64,000 nt of DNA, from positions 8,680,001 to 8,744,000 of the forward strand of contig JAGIQG010000040.1 in NCBI GenBank assembly GCA_024679065.1. The letters are read 5' to 3'. Under the pieces are notes generated by a model. That model had not been told where the DNA came from and searched no databases. It saw only the letters and a list, made by a program, of their open reading frames with translations. Of the stretch, positions 1-12,603 are shown piece by piece (within the stretch, counting starts at the first letter, position 1; every line of letters begins with the position of its first letter). The stretch is from Sphyrna mokarran. Lineage: Eukaryota. Position numbers and translations under genes: made by a program.

Positions 1-560
1 AGTGTCTGGGGACTTTGGGTCTGTAGTCGATGAAGTTTGGAAGGACGAGGAGGGGGATCTCATTGAAACGTGCAGAATAAGTGAAGGCCTGGGTAGAGTG
101 CGCTTGGGGAAGATGTTTCCATTCGTAGGAGAAACTAGGACCCGAGGGCACATCCTCAGATGAAAGGGACAGCCCTTTAGAATTGTGATGTGGAGATGCC
201 AGTTTGTGCACAGTAAGAGTCTCAGAACACCAGTTGTCCATTCACCTGATAAAAAAGCAGCCCTTCAAATTGTCGTGATTCCAAATCATCCTGTGGACTT
301 TTAACCTGCTGTGGTGGGAATTCGGACCTTAGAACTGTGATAAGGAAGAATTTCATCATCCAAGAGAGGTGAATCTGTGGAATTCATTGCCACACAAACT
401 GTGGAGGGCAGGTCATTGAGTGTACTTAAGAAAGAGACCGGTGAAGGGAATCAAGGGTTATGGGGTAAAATGGGAGAGTGGGTTTGAGAAACTTCTCAGC
501 CATAATTGAATGGTGGACCATTCTCGAAGGTCTAATACGGTTTCTATTCTTATTGTCTTA
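1..560 (+). mobile_element. Degenerate CR1 LINE 3' fragment
   Basis: Remnants of the RGDLIE / TRGH / VNLWNSLP ORF2 end and a CR1-type 3' UTR, with a small unrelated insert at about 200-330. Confidence 0.7.
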
Positions 561-899
561 TGGTTATCATGGTTGTGGCTTTTAGATGAGGTTATCATTA
601 ACTATGATGGATATTGCTTGCAAAATCCAGGCTGTAGCCGATCTGATGTATAGCTCATGGAGAGAACAATCTTAATAAGTGATGTCACTTACATAAAGTT
701 GTTGTCAGCGTTACATAAAGTTCAATCTTAGCAAGAGGATTCAGATAGAACTATCTCTCAGTGTTAAGTACAGAACATCTGATGAAGAGGTTTCGCTTCA
801 AACTGTCTCAGCATTTTCTGTTGTGAGGGCGTAAGGTGACAAGAGTGTGTTGAGGAGTATGTGGGAGAGGGAACAGAGGCATTTAAGCAGAGCCAGCAG

Positions 900-1195
900 T
901 ACTTGAGGAAAGTGTGAGAGGGGGACACTGGGACATGGGACAGACAGTCAGAACCTTGAGGAGAGTGAGAAGAGAATACCGGGACATCGGGGCAGAGAGT
1001 CAGCACCTTGAGGAGACTGTGAGACGGGACAGTGGGACATCGGGACAGAGTCAGCACCTTGAAGATAGTGTGAGATGGGGACACTGGGACACTGAGGTGG
1101 ACAGTCAGCACCTTGAGGAGCGTGTGATAGGCAGATACTAGGACACTGGGAAGACGGTCAGCATCTTGAGGTGAGTGTGAGAGGGGACATAGAGG
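900..1195. repeat. ~51-bp minisatellite
   Basis: Repeated gtgagag..gggacactgggaca..cagagtcagcaccttgaggag, 5-6 units. Confidence 0.8.
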
Positions 1196-1267
1196 ATTCA
1201 AGCTACTAGAGATTCAAGCTGAGTAGAGTCGTGCAGCACTGGGATTGAGAATGGTTGTTTATGTCCT

Positions 1268-1800
1268 GTAGTGCTGGAGATTGTCTTCAATATCGACTCC
1301 ACAGTCAGGTGTCAGGGAACATAACACTTTATTCCGTCTGTTTACACAACTTTCCGAATATTGGCTGTCCAATCTGGGATGATCCTAATAATTCACACAA
1401 CACCTGGGATCACATTGCCTGTTCCCTTAAATGAATGCCCCACATATATCCAACAATCCTCCCCTGTAAATATCACCCTCCACCCCCAGCACATTTGCGA
1501 ACAATTGAACATTTTTCTCCATTCACTTCATACAGGCTTGGTGAAGAATCCACAGCATATTTACAATATAATATTTACAATATAATACATCCCACAGTTC
1601 ATTCTTGATCCTTAGTTCCATCTCACATAGACCTGATCCGGGGAAGTGACAATCCCTTGGGAATTGATGCCTGGAGACTGGAGTCTGTTTTAAAATCTTC
1701 AGTGGTTATTGAGGCCTCAGTGAACGCATGAACATTTGACCTCTTCCCGCCAGTAACCAACGTCGAGTTCCCTGTCCCCTCCATGAGTGGAGGAGCTGTT
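1268..1800 (-). mobile_element. Possible LTR-retrotransposon 3' end (LTR about 1268-1589)
   Basis: TG...CA bounded ~320-bp segment with a minus-strand AATAAA, preceded on the minus strand by a short purine tract. The evidence is weak. Confidence 0.25.
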
Positions 1801-1849
1801 GATACCAGTTTCCCTAGCCTCCCACATAATAGAGCAGAAAATATAGAAG

Positions 1850-4800
1850 ATGGCAGGAATCTAACCTCAGGCGGGAGAAAAATGTGACAACAATGAGAAG
1901 GGAGGTGGTCAATGCAGGATTGAGTGTACTGGACTGAAATGCGTGCAGTGTATTGGACAAGGTAAATGAGCTTGTTGCACCCATTGAAATTGGCCGATAC
2001 GATGTTGTGGGCATCACAGAGACGTGTCTGCCAGGGGATCAGGGCTGGAATCTAAATATCTAAGAATACAAGTCCTAGCAAAAGGACAGGCAGGTGGACA
2101 AAGGGGGCGGTGTTGCATTGTAAGTAAGGAATGAAGTTAAAACGATTGCAAAAAGTGATATTGGATCAAAAGACATAGAATCTCTCTAAGTGGAGTTGAG
2201 GCCCTGATGGAAGTTCTGTGCAAGCCCGTCCTAGCAGTAGTTAGGATGTGAGCAGAAAATACATAAGGAGATAGAAAAGCGTATTTAAAAACAACAATAT
2301 TAGAGTAATCATGCGGGACTTCACTATGTTGGTTGGCTGGGACAATCAGGTAGGTAGTGGATCTCAAGAAAGTTTGTGGAATGTCTATTTTTACTGGAGT
2401 AGCTTGTGACAGAGCCGAGAAGGGAACATGCAATTCTGGATTTGGTGCTGTGTAATGAGATAGACTTGATTAGGGAACTTCAGGTGAAGGAACCCTTCGG
2501 AAGCAGTGACCACAATTTGATAGATTTACCCTGCAGTTTGAGAGGGAGAAACTGGAGTCTGATGTAACGGTATTAGAATTAAATAAAGGTAATTACAAAA
2601 ACATAAGAAAAGAACTGGCCAGAGTTGATTTGAAAGACAGCCTAGCAGGGAAGACACAAACTTGAAGCAGGAGTTTTAGAGGCACAACAGAAATTCAGGA
2701 GGCACAACAGAAATTCATTCCAAGGAACAGGAAATATGTCACAGGGAGGATGAGGCATCCATGGCTGACGAGAGAAGTCAAAGACAGCATCAAGGCAAAA
2801 GAGAAAGCATAAAAAGTGGCAAGTTTAGTGGGAAGCCAGAGGATCGGGATGTATTTAAAAGCGAGCAGAAGACAACTTATAAAAAAAGGAATGGGGGTGG
2901 GGTGGGGCTAGAGAAGTTAAAATATCATGAAATATGAGTGTAAGCTGGCTAATAATATAAAAGGAGATCGGAAGAGTTTTTTTTTCAATATATAAAAGGT
3001 AAGAGAGAGGCAAAAATAGCCATTGGGCCACCAGGAAATGAGGATGGAGAAGGAATAATAGGAAACAAAGAAATGGCAGAGGAACTGAATAGTTACTTTG
3101 CATCCGTCTTCACAGTTGAACACACCAGTGGCATGCCAGAGCTCCAGGAGAGTCGAGGGCACAGGTGAATGTAGTGGCTATAAGTAAAGAGAGGGTTCTG
3201 GGGAAACTGAAAGATCTGAAGGTGGATAAATGAACTACACCCCAGGGTTCAAAAAGTGATAATTGAGGAAATTGTGGAGGTGTTGGTGGTGATCTTTCAG
3301 GAATCACTGGAAGCAGGGACAGTACTAGAAAGCCGGAAAGTAGCTCATGTAACAGCGTTGTTTACGAAGAGAGGGAGCAGCAGAGGGGAAATTATAGGCT
3401 GGTTAACCTGACTTCGATCATTTGCAAGATTTTAGAGTTCATTAGAACATAGAACATAGAACAATACAGCACAAACAGGCCCTTCAGCCCACGAGTTGCG
3501 CCGATCACATCTACCAATCCACAGACCTATCTATAACCCCCTATCCTATTCTTTTCCATATACTCATCCAGAAGTCTCTTAAAAGACCCCAGTGAGTTTG
3601 CCTCAACAACCTCCGACGGCAGTCGGTTCCATTCACTCACCACCCTCTGAGTGAAAAACCTACCCCTGACATCTCCTTTGTATTTGCTTCCCTGCACCTT
3701 AAATCTGTGTCCTCTCGTAGTGACCATTTCAGCTCGGGGAAATAGTCTCTGAGAGTCCACCCTATCTATTCCTCTCAACATTTTATAAACCTCTATCAGG
3801 TCGCCTCTCAACCTACGTCTCTCCAGTGAGAAGAGTCCCAGCTCCCTCAACCTATCTTCATAAGGCCTGCCTCCCAATCCAGGCAGCATCCTTGTAAATC
3901 TCCTCTGAACTCTCTCAATAGCCTCTACATCCTTCCTATAATGAGGCGACCAGAACTGCGCACAATACTCCAACTGGGGTCTGACAAGAGTCTTATAGAG
4001 CTGCATCATTACCTCCTGACTCCTAAACTCTATTCCTCGATTAATGAAGGCCAGTACACCGTACGCCTTCTTGACCACTTCCTCCACCTGCGAGGCCGAT
4101 TTAAGAGTCCCATGGACCCGGACCCCGAGATCCTTCTGCTCTACAACACAGCTAAGACTCCTACCACTTATATTGTACTCCTTCATCCCATTATTCCTGC
4201 CAAAATGGACCACTACACATTTATCTGCGTTGAAGTCCATCTGCCACTTCTCCGCCCAGTCTTGCATCCTGTCTATATCCCGCTGCAACTTTTGGCATCC
4301 CTCCAGACCATCCACAACACCACCGATCTTTGTATCGTCGGCGAACTTGCTAACCCATCCCTCCACTTCCTCATCCAGGTCATTTATGAAAATGACAAAC
4401 AGCAGGGGTCCCAGAACAGATCCCTGGGGCACTCCACTGGTTACCAACCTCCACGCAGAACAAGACCCATCCACAACCACTCTCTGCCTTCTGCCGGCAA
4501 GCCAGTTCTGGATCCACGAGGCCAAAGCCCCTTGGATCCCATGCCCTCTCACCTTCTCCAGAAGCCTTGCATGTGGGACCTTATCAAACGCCTTACTAAA
4601 GTCCATGTACACTACGTCCACCGCCCTTCCTTCGTCAATGTGTTCAGTCACATTTTCGATGAACTCAACTAGGCTCGTAAGGCATGACCTGCCCTTGACA
4701 AAACCATGCTGACTATTTCTAATCAGTCCAAACTTCTCCAAATGTTCATATATCTTATCCCTCAGAAGCCTCTCCATCAGCTTACCAACCACTGAAGTCA

Positions 4801-5770
4801 AACTCACCGGTCGGTAATTTCCTGGACTATCCCTGTTCCCTTTCTTAAAGATAGGAACCACATCCGCAATCCTCCAATCCTCCGGAACCTCTCCCGTTTC
4901 CATGGACGACGCAAAGATCATCGCCAGGGGTTCTGCAACCACTTCCCTCACCTCCCACAATAACCTGGGGTACATCCCATCCAGTCTCGGCGACTTGTCT
5001 ATCTTGATAGAATTTAACAGGAATTTCACAATCATTATTAAAGATGAGGTCGCAGAATTGCATGATAAAATAGGATTGAGTCAACACGGCTTTATCATGG
5101 GGAGTGGATGTCAGACAAACCTGTTAAAGTTCTTTGAGGAGTTAACAAGGAAGTTAGATAGGAGAGAAAATGGATCTGGTTTATTTTGATTTCCAGAAGG
5201 CCATTGATATGGCACTGCAGAGGAGATTGTTAAATAAATTAAGCGCCAATGGTGTTGAAAGCAAGATCCTGGCATGGATAGAGGATTGGCTGACTGGCAG
5301 AAGGCAGAGAGCGGGGTTGAAGGGATTTATTTTTTCAGGATGGCAGCTAGTCGCTAGTGGTGGGTCTCAGGGATTGGTGTTGGGAAGACAACTTTACACA
5401 ATATACATTAATGATTTGGAAGAACAGCATGAAGACACAGTTGCTAAGTTTGCAGATGATAAAAAGATATGTACAGTGACAGGGAGCGTTGAGGAAATCG
5501 GGGTGGGGAGTACTGCAGAAGGACTTGGACACAGGTTAGAGAATGGACAAAGAAGTGGCAGATGGAACACTATGAGGGAAAAGTATGAGAGTATGCACTT
5601 TGGAAGGTGGAAAGGAGGCATAGACTATTTTCTAAATGGGGAAATACTTAGAAAATCAGACGCACAAAGGAATTTGGGAGTCCGTGTTCAGGATTCTCTA
5701 AAGGTTAACCTGAAGGTTCAATCGGCAGTTAGAAAGACAAATGGAATGCTGACATTCATGTGGAGAGGGC
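1850..5770 (+). mobile_element. Old, frameshifted CR1 ORF2 (APE + RT), interrupted at 3445-5031
   Basis: Remnants of the endonuclease (GITET, GSSDHN) and RT (QHGF, DFQKA, FADD). The sequence is colinear across the insertion (ttagagttcatt|attaaagatgag). Confidence 0.85.
3445..5031 (-). mobile_element. Young 5'-truncated CR1 with an uninterrupted RT frame (ORF 3527-5035)
   Basis: 502-aa open frame with NYRPVSLTS, YMDFSKAFD, GVPQGS and FADD; (TTCTATG)n tail; TCATTA target-site duplication at 3439-3444 and 5032-5037. Confidence 0.95.
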
Positions 5771-5772
5771 TC

Positions 5773-5890
5773 ATACCAGGCTTGGGCCCACACCAGATTC
5801 GGGCCCACGTCAGGCTCAGGCCCACACCAGACTCGGGCCCAAACCAGGCTCGGACCTACTTCAGGCTCGGGACTACACCAGGTTCAGACA
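5773..5890. repeat. 17-bp GC-rich minisatellite
   Basis: About 7 units of caggctcgggcccacac. Confidence 0.75.
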
Positions 5891-5989
5891 GAGACGCGGT
5901 TCAGATTCACACAAGTTCGAATTCAGCCAAAGCTCTGAGTTACACAAGTTTAGGGCGCAGACCATGCACAGACTCACCCGAGCTTCACA

Positions 5990-7165
5990 ATCATAGAAAC
6001 AATGAAATGTGGTAAAAACAGAAGTGGGCCATTCAGCCCTTCGAGCCTGCTCCACCATTCAGTTTGATCATAGCTAATCATCAACTTCAATATGCTGATC
6101 ATCCCTCCCTCCCATATTCCGTGATCACTTTAGCCCCAAGATTTATATATCATTTCTTTTTGAAATCACTAAAGGTTTTGGCCTCAACTACTTTCTGTGG
6201 TGCTGAAGTTCAAAGATTACCCATGGAGAAATATCTCCTCATCTCTGTTCTGAAAGGTTGATGCTTATCATCAAACCATGAATCTTACTCCTCAACTTTC
6301 TGAGCATCGGGGACATTCTTTCTGAACCTCCTCTGTCTAAACCTGTTCCAATATTGTAAGTTTTACCACAATAAACTCCAATGAATAAACAATTACCGAC
6401 TTAGTCTCTCTTCATATCACAGATTGCCATCCCAGGAATCGACCTGGTAAACAGTCGCTGTACTTCCTCTGGAGCAGGGACGTCCTTCTTCAGATAAGGA
6501 TATCAGAATTGCACATAATATCGAAGTGTGGCCTCAGCAATGCCCCTGCACAACTGCAGCAACACATCTCTATTCCTGTACTCAAATCTTCTCCCTTTGA
6601 AGACCAGCATACCATTGGGCTTCATTACTGCCTGTTGTACATGCACGCTTACTTTCAGTTACTGATGCATGCGGACACCAAGGTCTCGCTGACTGTCCAC
6701 CTTTCTCAATTTACACCCATTCAAATAACAATCTGTCTTCCTATTATTGCTGCAAAGTTATAATCTTGCGCTTACCCAAATTGTTACTGCAACTGCTTTG
6801 CACATGCCCGCACATTGAGCCTGTTCAAATCACACTGATGCATGTCTGCATGTTTCTCATAGCTCAGCCTTACTCACCTTCTCTCATCTGCAAATCTGGG
6901 AACAATGCATTTGGTTCCATATTCAGATGAATTAATATATAATGTGAACTGTTGAGGTCCGTGGATAGATTCGTGCAGTTCTCCACCCGACATTGACTGC
7001 TAATCATAAAAATGACCCATTTTTTGCAAACTCTTTGCTTTCTAACTGCTAACTAGCTTTCTATCCGTTGGAAATTATTGCCTGCAATCCCGTACACTTT
7101 CAGTTTACATGGTGTCTGTTGTGTGAGACCTTGTCTAAATCCTTCTGAAAGCCTCAATAAACACA
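5990..7165 (-). mobile_element. Old CR1 fragment
   Basis: CR1 3' tail (ggccattcagccct) followed by degenerate antisense RT sequence. Confidence 0.7.
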
Positions 7166-8409
7166 TTTGCTCACATCACTTTCTGTAGTGTAATGACTGG
7201 GGGACACTTGCCTACTGGACCTGATCGTAAGGGACACAAGACACAGCAATACCATTACATCCACTTCCCTACACTCCCAGACTTACCCCAACTCTCAGTG
7301 CTTCACTCAGTGTAGCTTGGAACTTCCTGTGGAGTTCCCTGAGTGGACAGATTGCACAGGCCTCAGTTTGGTAGTTTATATTTGTGCATGTCCAACTCAT
7401 TAACCAGTTTGAAGTCATTGCACTCCACGCCCCCTCCCCACCACAGCCATCTCCCCAGCCCCTCAGGTCTGAGTAACTGCCGAAGGTTGACGGTCTTGGA
7501 AGCCTTTTTTGGATTTTCAATGCTGGGTCTGGTTCCTCCTGCTCAGCCTCGGAAGTGAGTATAGTTCAGCAGACCGGAGCTCGCCTCTCCCACTACGAGC
7601 ATTGTGGCCCGACTTCCCTTTATCGGGAGACAATGTGGTCGAGAGACTGTGTCCACTTCAGACACTGAGACTCCCAATGGCAGAGATGGATAACAGGGGC
7701 CGGAGTGCCTGGTGTTCTTTCCAAAGTTTCTGGTGTGCTGGGTTTCCACTTTCCTTCTCTTGCCGCAGTCCCGCGCTTTAGAAAATCAAGTCAAGCCTGG
7801 ACCCTCTCAAGCCTTTCTACCTTGCTGGAGGAAGAAAGGAGCATCCTGCCGACCCTTGTCGCCTTGTACCCTAGAGGACCCGACTGCTAACTCTCATAAC
7901 AATTTATACCGCCTGAAGAAAGGATATCGATTGTTTTGCAAGTCTACTGCTTGTTGAGGCATTCCCTTGAAGAATGCATTGAAGAAATAAAACCCCTCTG
8001 ACCCCCAATCCCCGCGCAATGCTTGCTTTTCATTCAAGAAAGGTCTATCATCCAGACCAAATCCTTTGACCCGCATAGGATTGGGCTTTGTCTACAGAGA
8101 TTCTAGCAAGTTGCGTTGAGAAGACCAATACGAATTGTTGGGACAACGTTCTCTCTATTTCAACAATACCCCTGTCCGTAATTTTTAACTGATCACAGAC
8201 GCCCTGTGGTTTCATCTCCGTCTCTCCCACCTCCTACCTCTCGGCCAGGGCCTCCTTCCTCAAGGAATTCCTGCAGAGAGTAACTCATCTCCTGACTCCC
8301 CAAAGCCTATCCACCATCTACATAGACACAGGTTAGGAGAGATATTGAATATTCTCCACTCCCCTGGATGAGTGTGGTTCCCAACAACACACAAGAAGCT
8401 CGATATCCT

Positions 8410-8900
8410 TGCGATAGAGGGGTTACAGCAAAGATTTACCAGGCTGCTTCCTGGGATGGCAGGTCTGTCATATGAGGAAAGGCTAAGTCGGTTAGGAATA
8501 TATTCACAGCAGTTTAGAAGAATGAGAGAGAATCTCATAGAAATTTATCAATTTCTAACAGGGTTAGACAGAGTGGATTCAGAAAAGTGCCCCTGATGGT
8601 GGGGTAGTCCAGAACTAGGGGTCATGGTTTGAGAATAAGAGGGAAACCTTTCAGAATTGAGGTGAGGAGAAATTTCTCAAAGGGTGGTGAATGTGTGGAA
8701 TTCACTCCCATAGAACATTATTTGAGGTCAAAGCATCGTGCGATTTCAGGAAGAAATTAGATTTTACTCTTGGGCTGAAGGGCTCGACGGATACGGGGGG
8801 AAAGTGGGAATCAGGATATTGAATTCGATGATCAGCCATGATTACAATGAATGGCAGAGCAGGATCGAAGGGCCGAATTGCCTTCTCCTACTTTTAGTTG
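8410..8900 (+). mobile_element. CR1 3' fragment
   Basis: QQRFTRLLPGMAGLSYEERL motif and a CR1 3' UTR. Confidence 0.8.
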
Positions 8901-9274
8901 CTATAACACCATCTGGGACAAAGCAGTCGTCCATTCGATCGACACACTAACCACAAACCTTCACATCCTCCACCACCAATGCACAGCGACTCACCGAGAC
9001 TCCTTTCATAAACCTTCCAAACCCACTATGTCTACCATCCAGAAGGACAAACGGGTGGGGGAGGGGGCAGCAGATTCCTGGGGAACACCCACCATTTGGA
9101 GCACCCCTTCTCCGAATCACTCACTATTTCCGACTTCGAAATATATCAGCCGTTCCTTCACTGTGGCTGGGTTCAAAATCCTAGAGCTCCCTCTCTAACA
9201 TCACAGTGGGGTGCACCTACACGACATGGGGACTGTGACGGATTTGTTCCACATCATTATCCTAACCAGCACGT

Positions 9275-9890
9275 GGGTGGCACAATGAGTTAGTACTGCC
9301 TCACAGCTCCAGGTACCCAGGTTCGAATCCCAACTTTGGGTCACTGTCTGTACAGAGACTGCATGTTGTGTCTGTGACTGAGTGGGTTTCCTCTGAAGTG
9401 AATCATAGAGAAGCCTGCAGTGCAGAAGGAGGCAATTCGGCCCATTGAGTCAGCGCCCACCGCAATCCCACTCAAGCCCTGTCCCCATAACCCCATGTAT
9501 TTACCCTACCTAGTCCCCCTGACACTATGGGGCAATTTAACATGGCCAATCCAGCTTACCTGCACATCTTCGAACACGAGGGGGCAATTTAGCAAGGCCA
9601 ATGCATCTAATTGCACATTATTCAGACTGTGGGAGGGAATGGGAGCAACCAGAAGAAACCCTCGCAGACATAGGGAGAACGTGCAGGCTCCACAAAGACA
9701 GTGACCCAAGTGAAGTCGGGTCCCTGGCGCTGTGAGGCAGCAGTGCGAACCCAAGTGCTCCAATTTCCTCTCACGGTCCGAAGGACGGGCTGGTTAGGGT
9801 GCATTGAGCTAAATTCTCCTTCAGTGTTACCTGAATAGTCATTTCATTGTAGTATTAATGTAAGCTTTACTTGTGACATGAATAAATAAA
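9275..9890. mobile_element. Cluster of nested tRNA-derived V-SINE (HE1-like) fragments
   Basis: tRNA-like head with B box (ggttcgaatccc), V-domain pieces on both strands and an aataaa tail. Confidence 0.7.
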
Positions 9891-10289
9891 GCATAAATCT
9901 TTGCAGTATGGGTCGAAGCCAGAGCACCCAGAGGAAACCCGCACGGACACACGTTCTCTGGATACAGAAGGTTCCAGTGATTTGACTGAGTTTTTTTCTT
10001 CCTCAAACTTTCAAGGGGAAGTCTCAGATGAGAGAGGAGGGGGGAGAGGCAGGGGCTCGAATCTTGAAGTTTAGGAGGGAGGTAAGGGGAGGAGAAGTGT
10101 TACAAAAAGCACCAAATGTTTGTGGGGAGGTGTTGCGGAGTAGTGGGAGGGGGCAGAGTCTCTATCGGCACAAATCAGGGGTTGATAGATTTTTTTTTAC
10201 TTCTGATCCAAAGGTACAGACAGACAGCAGAGTGACTAGTAGTAGGAGTCGGTCACAGAACAGTCATGAACTCATTCAGTAGTGGAACA

Positions 10290-11345
10290 GGTTCAAGGGA
10301 GAAGGTCTGAATGGCCTCGTCCTGTTCTTCAATAACAGTTTGGAGGAGAGGGGCTGAGTGGCCTCTTCCTGTTCCTGTGAACAATCTCGAAGAAGGGGTG
10401 AATGGCCTCCTCTTGTGCAACAGGTTTGAAGAAATGGCTGAGTGGCCAGTCCTTTTACTCTGTAACAGTCATGAGAGAGAGGGGATGATTGCCTTCCTCC
10501 TATTCCTGTGTAACTGGCTGGAGGAGAGGGGCTGGATGGCGACCTCCTGTTTCTCTGTAACAGGCTAGACGCGAGAGGCTGAATGGCTTCCTCATGTTCC
10601 TGTGTGAAAGTCTCAGGGAGAAGGGCTGAATGGCCCTCCTGTTCTTGAGTAACAGGTTCGAAGAAGGGGCTGAGTGGCCAGTCCTAATCTTGTGTAACAG
10701 ACTCGAGAGAGAAGGGCTGAATGGCCTCCTCCTTTCCTGGCCTTCTCCTATGTGACAGTGTCAGGGAGAGGGGCTGAAATGGTCCCTTCCTGTGTGGCAG
10801 TCTCGGGGGGGAGAGGGGTTGAATGGCCTCCTCTTCTCCCTGTGTAACGGCTGGAGGAGAGGTGCAGAATGGCCTCCTCCTGTTCATGTGTAACGGACTG
10901 AAGGAGTGGGGCTGAATGGCCTCCTTTTATGTAACAGGTTTGAAGAACTGGTTCCCATGTCATAATCGTGTGAGAGAGGGGTTGAATGGCCTACACCTAT
11001 TCTTGCGTAACAAGCTCGAGGAGACTGGCTGGATGGCTTCCTTATGCTCCTGTGTAACAGGCTCTGGGAGAGGGACTGACTGGCCTCCTCCTGTTCCTGT
11101 ATGAGAGACATTTTTAAGGAGAGAGGTGCTGAATGGCCTCCTCCTGTTCCTGTGTGACAGTCTTGAGAAGAGGCTGAATGGCCTCCTCCTGTCCCTGTGT
11201 GACAGTCTTGGGGAGAGAGAGATTGAATGGCCTCTTCCTGTTCCTGTGTGACAGATTCGGGGCGAGAAGGGCTGAATAGCCTCCTCCTGTCCCTATGTGA
11301 CAGACAGAGAGAGGGGTTGAATGGCCTGTTCCTGTTCCTGTGTCT
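10290..11345 (+). repeat. ~48-bp tandem array derived from the CR1 3'-terminal motif
   Basis: About 20 units of gggctgaatggcctcctcctgttcctgtgtaacag..., directly following a degenerate CR1 3' end. Confidence 0.85.
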
Positions 11346-11674
11346 GGTGGTCTCACTGTTCTGCACTGCTTTCAGTTAGTGAGTAATAAAGGCAGATGCG
11401 GGGAGTGCCCTGAATTTGGATCCAATGTAACTGGAGAGTTGCGGACTCCGTCGCTGGGTCTCTGTTCAAATGGCTTGTCCTTTGCTGCTGCTTTGCAATG
11501 TCTTAATTAACTGACAATAAAATGGAAACTGTTTGTAAATTCATATCGCAGGGCTGTTTTTTGATCTCAATCTCATGATTAAACGCACACACGCACACAC
11601 ACAGGCACACACACTCATGTTCAGAGATTGAAGCATCTCACCTTTCCACCCAGATCCCTTTCTCTCCCATAAAG

Positions 11675-12603
11675 AGCAGAATTAGGCCACTCGGCCCATC
11701 GAGTCCGCTCCGCCATTCCATCATGGCTGATATTTTACTCATCCCCCATTCTCCTGCCTTTTACCCGTAACCCAGATCCCCTTATAAATCAAGAACCTAT
11801 CTATCTCTGTCTTAAAGACACTCAATGACCTGGCCCTCCACAGCTTTCTACAGCAAAGAGTTCCACACATTTCCAACTCTCTGGCTGAAGGAATTCCTTC
11901 TCATCTCTTTTTTAAAGGACCATTCCTTTAGCCTGAGATTGTGCCCTTTAGTTCTAGTTTTTCTTACTAGTGGAAACATATTCTCCATGTCCACTCCATC
12001 CGGGCCTCACAGTATCGTGTAAGTTTCAGTGAGATCTCCTCTCATCCTTGTAACCACAACAAGTACAGACCCAGAGTCCTCAACCTGTTCCTTATATTTA
12101 AGCTCTTCATTCCAGGAATCATTCTTGTGAACCTCCTCAGGACCCTTTCCAAGACTGGCACATCCTAATCTCTCAGTTCACACATGCCTGTCGATCGCAG
12201 GATCAGCGCAGACGGAAAATAGACAATGGTTGATTGGTTTACTTGCCGATTTTACTATCACCCGCTACCTTTCTTACAGCCCCAAAGTCCCTCTGCAGCA
12301 ACGACTATCAAACACAGCTCTGAACCACTAGTTGCGATGGAGACAAAAGGATTAGGAACAGCAGTAAGCCATCTGGCCCCCCGATCCTGCCCTGCCATCC
12401 AATAAGATCATGGCTAATAATTTTTAATGGACTCAGTTTCACTTACCCGCCCGCTCACCATAATCCTTAATTACATTACTTTTCAAAAATCTATCTATCC
12501 TTGCCTTAAAAAAAATCAATGAGGTAGCCTCAACGACTTCACTGGGCTGGGAATTCCACATGTTCGCAACCCTTTGTGAAGAAGTTCGTCCTCGACTCAG
12601 TCC
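11675..12603 (-). mobile_element. Two CR1 3' fragments
   Basis: Antisense ORF2 ends (SQRVANMWNS...) with CR1 3' UTRs at about 11680 and 12350. Confidence 0.75.

Noticed and set aside
3941-4712. 243-aa and 222-aa plus-strand ORFs
   Set aside because: They are antisense shadows of the CR1 RT frame.
7200-8275. GC-richer segment that may be a retroelement ORF1/gag
   Set aside because: No motif could be identified by eye; it needs a tblastx or Dfam search.
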